Shown: positions 42,681 through 50,836 of the stretch, piece by piece
Position numbering within the stretch: position 1 is the stretch's first letter
How the letters are laid out: the number at the start of each line of letters is the position of its first letter
NCBI GenBank assembly: GCA_963696385.1
Contig: CAVOKF010000004.1
Coordinates: 256,001 to 320,000 of the forward strand
DNA from: an uncultured delta proteobacterium
GTDB lineage: Bacteria > Myxococcota_A > Polyangia > Polyangiales > Polyangiaceae
DNA length: 64,000 bases
Direction: 5' to 3'
Notes under the pieces: model-generated
What the model saw: only the letters and a program-made list of their open reading frames with translations
What the model was told of the DNA's origin: nothing
Database searches by the model: none
Translations under genes and position numbers: made by a program

Positions 42681-43484
42681 ATGAAAAGCATATCCATAGG
42701 TCGCACGGTCGGATGTTCGTTGTGCCTCGTGGTCGCAGCCGCGCTGGGGTCCGCGTGCGAAACTGGGGGATCAACGAGCGGCCAAACGGACGAAACCACG
42801 GGGACACTGAGCATGCCGCTCACGGCGACCACGAACGGCGCGACGTACATCTTGGTCAACGCGTCGATTTTCATCGAGCCGACCACGTGCTGCGGCCCGT
42901 ATACGAATCTCTCTACTGGAGCCGATGCCGGAACCACCGATCTCACGACCGCGTTGCAAACGGGCAACTACGATGCGTATCTAGAGGCTTGGACGCTGGA
43001 GCGACAGGATCCCCAAGGTGGATTCGAGCCGGTCGTCGCGACGCTGACATCGAGCTCGTTCCAAGAATTCACGATCTACAACGGCGTCACGACCACCGTC
43101 ACATTCACCTTTCAGACCGACGGCGTGACCGTCGTCGTTGGGTCGGGTACGCTCGATATCGGCATTGCGGTCAACGAGTCCGACGCCGCGTGCACACCCC
43201 TTGGCAACGACTGCGGTCCGGGTTCTTGGTGTCCGCCCGCCTCGCTCACGGGGGCCGACTTGGCGTGTGTCCTGTCCGGGACTGTTGCCTTGGGTCAGCC
43301 GTGCGCCACGCCGACGGATTGCGTGGCCAACGCCTCGTGCTTCACGTTGGGCGACGCCGGCGCGGTTTGCGCCGCACTGTGCCCCGGAAGCGGCGTGAAC
43401 CTGCCCTGCCCGACCGGTGGCATTTGCCAGTCAGCCACGCCGGACTACGGCATTTGCGTGGCGGGCGCCACGGGCGACGACTGA
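42681..43484 (+). CDS. hypothetical Cys-rich lipoprotein
   Basis: GGAGG RBS, lipobox LGSAC, GTLSMPLT, Thr-rich beta region, Cys-rich C-terminal repeats. Confidence 0.8.
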   Translation: MKSISIGRTVGCSLCLVVAAALGSACETGGSTSGQTDETTGTLSMPLTATTNGATYILVNASIFIEPTTCCGPYTNLSTGADAGTTDLTTALQTGNYDAYLEAWTLERQDPQGGFEPVVATLTSSSFQEFTIYNGVTTTVTFTFQTDGVTVVVGSGTLDIGIAVNESDAACTPLGNDCGPGSWCPPASLTGADLACVLSGTVALGQPCATPTDCVANASCFTLGDAGAVCAALCPGSGVNLPCPTGGICQSATPDYGICVAGATGDD

Positions 43485-43669
43485 TTCGGGCGCCAATCCA
43501 GTCGTCGAGGACGGGTCCACGGCAGCGCCTGTGGTCGTTGGTGGGTGCTCACGAACACGCGGAGGGGGCGCGTACCACAAAGTCGAGGGATGCGTCGGCA
43601 AGCCCATCGGAGTGGAAGCTTCCCGCCGCCTCGACGACGACCGACCGCCGTGGGCGGCGGTGACGCCCG

Positions 43670-44605
43670 CTACAGCTTGGTCACATGCTCGCCCAGCTGA
43701 TCGAGAGTGGCCTTCCACCCCTGCGGAGCGCCCCGCGTCGAGTCGGATTCGAAGGCGTATGTCTGCCGGGCGGTGAGCGTCGTCTGTCCGGCCACTTCGG
43801 TGAACGTTACCGTCGTCGCTACGTCGTTGCCGTCGTGCATTTTGCCGACGAAGACGATTTTCTCGGGCGCGACGATCTCGGTGAACTTGGCGTTCAGGGG
43901 AAACTCGGTGCCGTTGGGCATTCGCATGACCAGGTGAAAGACACCCCCAACGCGGAAATCCACCTCACACCGAGGTGTGGTGAGAGGCTTCGGCGTGAAC
44001 CACTTTTCGATGTGCTCGGCTTTCGTCCACGCCTCGAAGACGAGGCGGCGAGGCGCGTTGAAGACGCGCGACACGACGAACTCTGCGGGCTTGCTTCCGG
44101 ATGCACCCGGCCCGATCACAGCGGCCCGCATCTCCCCGAGCAGGTCGTCGAGACGGGCGTATCCGTCCGTCATTCCGGCTTCCATTCGTCCGCCGGACAG
44201 GTGACCGTCGCGCCCCTGGATCGTCTTGTGGACGCTCGTCGTCGTGAGGGTCGTCAGGCCTGCGCGCTCCTCGAGAACGAGGGTTTCGAGCGCCTCGTGT
44301 TCCGGCATGGGCTCGAAAACGAAGGTCCTGACGATGCGCTCGGGGCGCGCGATCTCCCGGAACTCGCCGTGAAAGCCGAACTCCTGACCGTCCGGTGTGC
44401 GATGCACCATCCGCCAGCGACCGCCCACGCGGAGGTCGACCTCGCAAACCGTCATCGCGAGGCTTCGAGGCCCCATCCAGCGCTTCAGATGTTCTGGCTT
44501 CGTGAAGGCCTCGAAGACCAAGCTTCGCGGCGCGTTCACGACGCGGCGGGTGACGATGGTGGGCTTATCGGGTTCGGCGACGATTTCGAGCTTGTTTGCG
44601 GCCAC
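43670..44605 (-). CDS. tandem SRPBCC (Aha1/START) domain protein
   Basis: two copies of R-(V/F)NAPR.LVFEA.TK.EH...W...CEVD.RVGG; overlaps the end of the ArsR gene. Confidence 0.9.
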   Translation of the reverse strand: MAANKLEIVAEPDKPTIVTRRVVNAPRSLVFEAFTKPEHLKRWMGPRSLAMTVCEVDLRVGGRWRMVHRTPDGQEFGFHGEFREIARPERIVRTFVFEPMPEHEALETLVLEERAGLTTLTTTSVHKTIQGRDGHLSGGRMEAGMTDGYARLDDLLGEMRAAVIGPGASGSKPAEFVVSRVFNAPRRLVFEAWTKAEHIEKWFTPKPLTTPRCEVDFRVGGVFHLVMRMPNGTEFPLNAKFTEIVAPEKIVFVGKMHDGNDVATTVTFTEVAGQTTLTARQTYAFESDSTRGAPQGWKATLDQLGEHVTKL

Positions 44606-44939
44606 GGGGCTTCTCCTTTGCTTGTAGCTCTTCGAGGTACACGTCGAGACGGTTGAAGCTCTCCTCCCAGAACGCGCGATATGTTTCGAGCCACGCGGCG
44701 GCCTCCTTGAGCCGCTCCGGCTCAAGCCGACGCGGCCTTCGCTGAGCATCGCGACCACGGGAAATGAGGCCCGCTCGTTCCAGCACCCGCAGGTGCTTGG
44801 AGATGGCCGGAAGACTCATGTCGAATGGCTTGGCCAGTTCTGTGACGGAAGTCTCGCCCGACGTGAGACGGGCGAGGATCGCCCTGCGCGTCGGGTCGGC
44901 GAGCGCTGCGAAGGTGGGGCTCAGGGAATCGTGAATCAC
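44565..44939 (-). CDS. ArsR/SmtB-family transcriptional regulator
   Basis: FAALADPTRRAIL, SVTELAKPFDMSLPAISKHLRVLERAGLI, FWEESFNRLD. Confidence 0.93.
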   Translation of the reverse strand: MIHDSLSPTFAALADPTRRAILARLTSGETSVTELAKPFDMSLPAISKHLRVLERAGLISRGRDAQRRPRRLEPERLKEAAAWLETYRAFWEESFNRLDVYLEELQAKEKPRGRKQARNRRRTR

Positions 44940-44954
44940 GTTATGAACTCCGTG

Positions 44955-45000
44955 GCTACGTAACCGACTAGTTACATAGCAGAGGGATCTTGTCAAGATC
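44955..45000 (-). promoter_or_regulatory. probable ArsR operator and promoter
   Basis: inverted repeat GCTAcGTAAC-N6-GTTACaTAGC (44955-44980) just upstream of the ArsR start; minus-strand TTGACA at 44991-44996. Confidence 0.65.
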
Positions 45001-45101
45001 GGCCACACGGATGCCGGGGAGCCTCGACGGATCCCGGGTCGCCAAGGACTCAACTAAACCAAAAGGTTGAACGCATCAGCGCTGCGAAATTGCGGCTCCC
45101 G

Positions 45102-46175
45102 TCAACACGCTCCGCAGTTGGGTCGCCCCTGCGCGTTCGGTACGCAATTCTCGCAGAGGATGTGAAGAGCGTCGTCGCAGACGGCAGGGTGCGCCGTCGT
45201 GCCGCCGCACGCCGCGCACGTGAGTCGATCGAGACTCGCCGCGGTGGCCGGCAAGCGGAGAACGATTCCGCCCTCGCGCTTGCGCCGGCGTACCCGCAAT
45301 TGCACGCGAACCGAGGGGATCGTCAGCGCCACGAAGGCAACGGGCTCGAGCGAAACGCGCATGCTGTACCTCTCGGCGAGGTCGCGCAGCTTGGCGTCGC
45401 GATCGCGTGACAGGTGGGCCATCTTTTGCGCCAGCGCGGCCGTCTCGATGCGTCGCTTCGGTGCCTTGGCATCGCGCGCCAGTGCCGCGAAGTACTCGTC
45501 GATGCGCCGGTAGTCCCGCTCATGCCGGCGTGCGACGGCAGCACACGCTGGCACGATCGCCGCACGCGCGGCGGTCGTCGCACGTCGAACGAGCAGTTCC
45601 ATGACCGACCGACTCGGTGGGGACGGCGGAAACAGTCCAAGCGTCAACCCGTTCGCGGACCTCGCCGGATCCACGAGCGTCGAGAGCGCCCCGTCGGGCT
45701 CGGATCCGTCGTCGGCGTGGAGCGCGAGGGCGATCTTGCCGTCGTAGCGGTCGTCGGCGTCGGCCCTCCAGGCAAACCACGCCAGTAGGTACGGAGTGTC
45801 CACCGGGCCGGCCTCGGTCACCTCGAAGACGGCGTTGCGGATCGCGAACCGCTCGGCTTGGGCGCGAGCCTGTCCGACGCGAGGCGCCGCGGCCGCCGAC
45901 GCCAGCGCGGCAAAAGGCACGTTTGCGCGCGCCGACTCGGCAAGACGCTCGAGCAGCGGAGATCCGATCGCGCATGAGACCGCGTCCGGTGCAGCGCGGT
46001 TCAGGTCGGTGGCAAGCGTGCACGTTTCCGGGACGCGGAGATCGCGCGCCATTTCGGGACGCAGAACCGCAAGACAGCCGTCGTCGGTGGACTCGACGAG
46101 GGCTCCCTGCGCTGCGAGCGCGTCGCTGACAAAGGCGACCGGATCCGGAATCTCGTGAGACATGGCGACGGTCAC
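45102..46175 (-). CDS. YqhG-like protein with C-terminal Cys-rich Zn-binding region
   Basis: GSPLLERL, HERDYRRIDEYF, KLRDLAERY.MRVSLEP, CAAC...VCDDALHILCENC...CGAC; overlaps the SNF2 stop. Confidence 0.6.
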   Translation of the reverse strand: MTVAMSHEIPDPVAFVSDALAAQGALVESTDDGCLAVLRPEMARDLRVPETCTLATDLNRAAPDAVSCAIGSPLLERLAESARANVPFAALASAAAAPRVGQARAQAERFAIRNAVFEVTEAGPVDTPYLLAWFAWRADADDRYDGKIALALHADDGSEPDGALSTLVDPARSANGLTLGLFPPSPPSRSVMELLVRRATTAARAAIVPACAAVARRHERDYRRIDEYFAALARDAKAPKRRIETAALAQKMAHLSRDRDAKLRDLAERYSMRVSLEPVAFVALTIPSVRVQLRVRRRKREGGIVLRLPATAASLDRLTCAACGGTTAHPAVCDDALHILCENCVPNAQGRPNCGAC

Positions 46176-48394
46176 GCTTCGAAGTCGCTCCGAAAGAGAG
46201 CCTCGTCGACCGCTCGAACCCGCTCGTACTGATGGCGCGCGGTCCGAATCTCGTCGGCGAGGCGATCGAAGCCTCGGGCAACGTCATCGTCGCCTTGCGC
46301 CGTTGCGTAGAGCTCGAGGATGCGTTCCTCGAGATCCCGCTCGTCACCGAGGTTACCCAACACCATATCCATTTCGCCGACGACCAGTTCGAACAGGTGA
46401 AGGCGCCGGTCGAGCACATCGAGCACGCGATCCTCCACCGTACCGCGGGCACAGAGGTTGAAGACCCGCACCTCGCCCGTTTGGCCCATCCGGTGCAGGC
46501 GTCCGATCCGTTGTTCGATCCGCATCGGATTCCATGGCAGGTCGAAGTTGACGAGCGTCTGGCAAAATTGAAGATTTTGCCCCTCTCCGCCCACGTCGGT
46601 CGCCAGCAGGACCTTGGCGCCGGCACGAAAGCGGCAAAGGGCCGAGTGCCTGTCTTCGGAGCGCATGCCGCCGTGAAATAGCTCGGGGTCGACCCCGGCT
46701 GCGCGTAGGCCTCCGGCGATGTAATCGAGCGTGTCCCGAAAACGAGTGAAGACGAGCACGCGCCCCTCATGGGCCCCGATGATCTGCAGGAGGGCGTCGA
46801 GCTTGCCCGACCCGTTCACATCCGCGAGCATCCGGGTCAACCGCGCAGTGCCCTCACGCATGGCAGCGCTGTGATGGTCGGTTGCGCCCATTCGAACGAG
46901 GGTGCCCTGCAGGGCGGCCGGGCTTGAGCCGGCCTCGAGCAACAGCGTCGAGGTCGCCAGCCTCGCTTTCGGATCCGCCGCGTGCGCCCTCAAGAGCGGG
47001 ACGGTCGCGTCGTAGACCGCACGCTCCGCGTCGCTCGGGTCGATGGCGACCGTCGACACGTACCGGGGCGGCAGCGCCAGCCCGCTCTGCGCGCGCGTGT
47101 TGCGCACCATGACGTCCGCGAGAAGCCGTCGAAGTCGCTCGGTGTCGCGTGGCACCGTCGCGTCCTTCGCATCCACGAACTGGCGTCGGAACTCGGCCGG
47201 TGTGGTGAGCTGCCCCGGCTTCAGGAGGGTCACCAAATTGTAAATCTCCTCCAAATCCGTCTCCACGGGCGTCGCCGTGAGCAGCAGGAGGAACCGACTC
47301 TGGATGCCGTCGACGAGCTTCCACCCCGCGGTCTGGCGGTTCTTCACGTGGTGGGCCTCGTCGACGACGACGATGTCCCAGGGCGCCGCTTGCACTGCAG
47401 GGGCATGACGGCCTCCGCGCGCGAGCGCCAACGAGGCCACTACGACGCCATCGTCGCGCCAGAACGCGTCGGGCTCTTCGCGCAACCGCGCATCTTCCGT
47501 CGTCCGTGCGACGATGCCCGCCTTGGCCTCCAGTTCGCCGGCCCAATGTCGAACGAGCGCCGGCGGCGCCAGGATGAGCGCGCGGCGCGCCATGCCCCGA
47601 AGCTGGTACTCGCGAAGCACCATCATCGCTTCAATCGTCTTGCCGAGCCCAACCTCGTCGGCAAGGAGCGCGCGACCGCGCAGAATGCGGAGCACGCGGC
47701 GTACGGTTTCAGTTTGGTACGCGTGCGAGTCAACGCCACGCAGGGTGGCGAGACTGACCAGGTCCTGAAAGTCGGCCGCCGCGGATAGCGCGTGGGCACG
47801 AAGAGCAAGCGACACGCGCGCTGCGTCCGAACTCGGGCCGTTGAAAATTCGCGCGAGGCGTTCGGTGTCGAATGCGGTCAGACTGACGGGGGGCGTAACG
47901 ATGGGGACTGCCCTCGAAAGAACCGGTTCGGGTACAGCGGGCGTCGCGCCGTCCCCCCGTGGCCGCGGCGCCCGCGGCGACGGCCGCTCGCGCTCCTGCA
48001 CTCGCGGCGACGGCCGCTCGCGCTCTTGCACTCGCAACGTGGGAGGTGGCGTCGGGGTGGGCCCGACCTTCGACCCCGCACCCGCTCCGAAGGAGAGAAG
48101 CCGGGCCGCGCGCCGAAGGGTTGCGCCGGGATTGGCAGGCTTCAGGCAGGCGTCGCGAACGTCGAAGCCGGCGTCACGGGCCGCCTCGAAAATTTTTGCA
48201 ACAAGTGCGCGCCGCGATCCGGTGAACCCTACACGGACAAGTGCGTCGGCGAGCACGCTCGCAGGCACCTCCGACACGGAGGGGCCTTCGCCGACTACCA
48301 CCATGTAACCAATGACGACCAAGTCGGCGGACGAGAGCGCCTCGAGATCCCAAACGCGTCCCGGAGTTCGTTGCGCGACATCCATCCGCTTCAT
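46172..48394 (-). CDS. SNF2-family helicase/ATPase (YqhH-like); start uncertain
   Basis: LADEVGLGKTIEA, VVDEAHH, LLLTATP, VLVFT, GGEGQNLQ, NFDLPWNPMRIEQRIGRLHRMGQ, LFELVVGEMDMVLG. Confidence 0.92.
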   Translation of the reverse strand: MKRMDVAQRTPGRVWDLEALSSADLVVIGYMVVVGEGPSVSEVPASVLADALVRVGFTGSRRALVAKIFEAARDAGFDVRDACLKPANPGATLRRAARLLSFGAGAGSKVGPTPTPPPTLRVQERERPSPRVQERERPSPRAPRPRGDGATPAVPEPVLSRAVPIVTPPVSLTAFDTERLARIFNGPSSDAARVSLALRAHALSAAADFQDLVSLATLRGVDSHAYQTETVRRVLRILRGRALLADEVGLGKTIEAMMVLREYQLRGMARRALILAPPALVRHWAGELEAKAGIVARTTEDARLREEPDAFWRDDGVVVASLALARGGRHAPAVQAAPWDIVVVDEAHHVKNRQTAGWKLVDGIQSRFLLLLTATPVETDLEEIYNLVTLLKPGQLTTPAEFRRQFVDAKDATVPRDTERLRRLLADVMVRNTRAQSGLALPPRYVSTVAIDPSDAERAVYDATVPLLRAHAADPKARLATSTLLLEAGSSPAALQGTLVRMGATDHHSAAMREGTARLTRMLADVNGSGKLDALLQIIGAHEGRVLVFTRFRDTLDYIAGGLRAAGVDPELFHGGMRSEDRHSALCRFRAGAKVLLATDVGGEGQNLQFCQTLVNFDLPWNPMRIEQRIGRLHRMGQTGEVRVFNLCARGTVEDRVLDVLDRRLHLFELVVGEMDMVLGNLGDERDLEERILELYATAQGDDDVARGFDRLADEIRTARHQYERVRAVDEALFRSDFEA

Positions 48395-48518
48395 CGGCGC
48401 TAAGCGGCGCAGACGCCAGCGTCAAGTCCGGCCGCGATGAGGCGGGACGAAAGCGGCTTATCCCTTCAGTAGGTCGAGTCCAAAGAAGAGCCGAAGCCGG
48501 CCGCTGTTCCGGCCATGG

Positions 48519-49388
48519 CTACTGGATGAGCAACTCGACGATCGCGCCGCGCGCAGTGGCCTTGCTGTTGACGGCGCGCGTGGCCGACACCTCGATGACG
48601 TCGAACCCATCCCCATACAGATTTCGAACGAGGGGAGCCGACGAGTTCGAGAGCAACACGCGGACACCGCGCTGCTTGAGCGTCTTTGCGGTATCGCGCA
48701 GGCGCGTCTGCTCGGCTTCCGCGAAGCCATTCGCAGTGTAGGACGTAAACGACGAAGTGGTCGACATAGGCACGTAGGGCGGGTCGAAATACACGAAGTC
48801 GCCGCGCTCTGCTCTCGCGACAACGTTCTCGAAGTCCTCGACGAGTAGCTCCGTGCCCGCGAGCGCTTCGGAGCATGCCCGGAGGGTCGGCTCATCGCAG
48901 ATCTTGGGGTTCGCGTAGCGACCGAAGGGCACGTTGTAACGGTTGTGGCGATTGACGCGGTACAGGCCGTTGAAGCCGGTCTTGTTCAAGTAGATGAACC
49001 ACGCGGCGACTTCGGCGTCCGACCCGGCGTCGATGTTTTTTTCGCGGAACTTATAGAAAAACGCGGGGTTGTGCGGGTAGCTCCGCAGCAGGTCGATGAC
49101 TTCGTCGACGTTATTCTGAACGCCCCGGTACGTGCGAATCAGGCGCGCGTTGACGTCCGCAAGCACGGCTCGCTTGGGGTGCAGCGCGAAGAAGAGTGCG
49201 CCGCCTCCGATGAAGGGCTCGAAGTACCGGGTGGGCCTCGGAAGTGCGTGCTGCAGCAGCGACGGGAGTAGCTGACGCTTGCCCCCGGCCCACTTGATGA
49301 ACGGACGGCCTGCAGCCGGTTCCGGCACCACTTCGAGCGCTACGCCGCTGTCTTCGACAAGCCTCGCCGCCGCTTCGAGCCTGCGCAT
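48519..49388 (-). CDS. dam: DNA adenine methyltransferase (Dam/D12 class)
   Basis: PFIKWAGGK, EPFIGGGA, YLNKTGFNGLYRVN...NVPFG, YFDPPY, LSNS, final ELLI. Confidence 0.95.
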   Translation of the reverse strand: MRRLEAAARLVEDSGVALEVVPEPAAGRPFIKWAGGKRQLLPSLLQHALPRPTRYFEPFIGGGALFFALHPKRAVLADVNARLIRTYRGVQNNVDEVIDLLRSYPHNPAFFYKFREKNIDAGSDAEVAAWFIYLNKTGFNGLYRVNRHNRYNVPFGRYANPKICDEPTLRACSEALAGTELLVEDFENVVARAERGDFVYFDPPYVPMSTTSSFTSYTANGFAEAEQTRLRDTAKTLKQRGVRVLLSNSSAPLVRNLYGDGFDVIEVSATRAVNSKATARGAIVELLIQ

Positions 49389-49435
49389 CGTTGGTGCCGG
49401 CTACGCTAACTGAACGGCCGGGCAGCGTCCAGAGC

Positions 49436-50099
49436 GCGGAGCGAGGCTCAGGGTAACGCCCGTCGGGGCTGGAGAGCTCGAGGGGAGAGCCTCTCCCCTC
49501 GACTCGACGAACGTGTCGGGCTTGCCGAGAGGAGCCCGAAGGGCGGAGCGAGGCTCAGGGTGATCCGAGTGACGAAAGAAGAAACCCGCCGCGGAGCGAG
49601 GCTCAGGGTAACGCCCGTCGGGGCTGGAGAGCTCGAGGGGAGAGCCTCTCCCCTCGACTCGACGAACGTGTCGGGCTTGCCGAGAGGAGCCCGAAGGGCG
49701 GAGCGAGGCTCAGGGTGATCCGAGTGACGAAAGAAGAAACCCGCCGCGGAGCGAGGCTCAGGGTAACGCCCGTCGGGGCTGGAGAGCTCGAGGGGAGAGC
49801 CTCTCCCCTCGACTCGACGAACGTGTCGGGCTTGCCGAGAGGAGCCCGAAGGGCGGAGCGAGGCTCAGGGTGATCCGAGTGACGAAAGAAGAAACCCGCC
49901 GCGGAGCGAGGCTCAGGGTAACGCCCGTCGGGGCTGGAGAGCTCGAGGGGAGAGCCTCTCCCCTCGACTCGACGAACGTGTCGGGCTTGCCGAGAGGAGC
50001 CCGAAGGGCGGAGCGAGGCTCAGGGTGATCCGAGTGACGAAAGAAGAAACCCGCCGCGGAGCGAGGCTCAGGGTGATCCGAGTGACGAAAGAAGAAACC
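49436..50099 (-). repeat. tandem array of a 155-bp composite unit (107+48 bp), 4 full units plus a partial one; same family as 42050-42426, opposite strand
   Basis: core GCGGAGCGAGGCTCAGGGT at 49436, 49543, 49591, 49698, 49746, 49853, 49901, 50008, 50056; hairpin TCGAGGGGAGAG-C-CTCTCCCCTCGA in each long subunit. Confidence 0.95.
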
Positions 50100-50779
50100 T
50101 CGCGCGATCGACGTTCGACGACACCGGTGCGAGTCGCGGTTGTCCATCGATGAAGGCCAGAAGAGCCGAGGCGAGCTCCCGATAACGAACGCGATCGTAG
50201 GTCCCGCGCAACAGCTCGACACGCAGAAAAATGGCGGCAGTCTGGGCGACGTCGCACAGGCAGTAGGAGTTGACCTCGTCCAGACGGCCCGCGTGGACCA
50301 TCGGCTGGACCTGCGAGCCGTCGACGCCCATCTTTCCGGGAAACCCCACGAGCTTGGCATAGACATCGAGACGCGTGTGTTTTGCGGCGCCGAAGTCGGC
50401 CAAGAAATCCATCAAGTCGAAATGGCCTTCGGCCGAATAGCGATACCGCGTGTTCCGATCGCTCGAACCACCACGGCATGGGCACCCCATGCTTGAGGGC
50501 GCGACTCGTGATGACGGGCATGTCGAACCCGCGACCGTTCCAGGTGATGACGGTCGGCTTCTTGGCGTCGAGCCACTGCGCGAAGTCGGCCAGCATCTCG
50601 CCCTCCGCCTTGTGCTCGCCGACAACGCCGAGGCGTTTGGGCAAATGGTCCTCGAGCAAGAGGCAGCCAAGCGTGACGATCTGGTTATACGGCGGCGGGG
50701 GGATCCGGTCGCTGTCGTCCAGCCGAGGCAGCTCGGGATCCGGGATGGTCTCGATGTCGAGCACGAGATGCGCGGGCAT
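50068..50779 (-). pseudogene. PolB-related 3'-5' exonuclease (DEDD-type), frameshifted near 50465 (real or sequencing error)
   Basis: ExoI LVLDIET and ExoII TWNGRGFDMP in one frame; HFDLMD, GFPGKMGVDG and ExoIII YCLCDV in another. Confidence 0.85.
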
Positions 50780-50836
50780 GAAAACTTGGCCCTCCCTAAG
50801 TCGATTGTCTATCGCGGAATGCCTACGGAGGAATAA

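Noticed and set aside
48519..49388. type II restriction-modification system
   Set aside because: No recognisable endonuclease beside the methylase; treated as an orphan Dam.
49436..50099. CRISPR array (19-bp core recurring nine times)
   Set aside because: Intervening sequences are two identical alternating types rather than unique spacers, and no cas genes are present.
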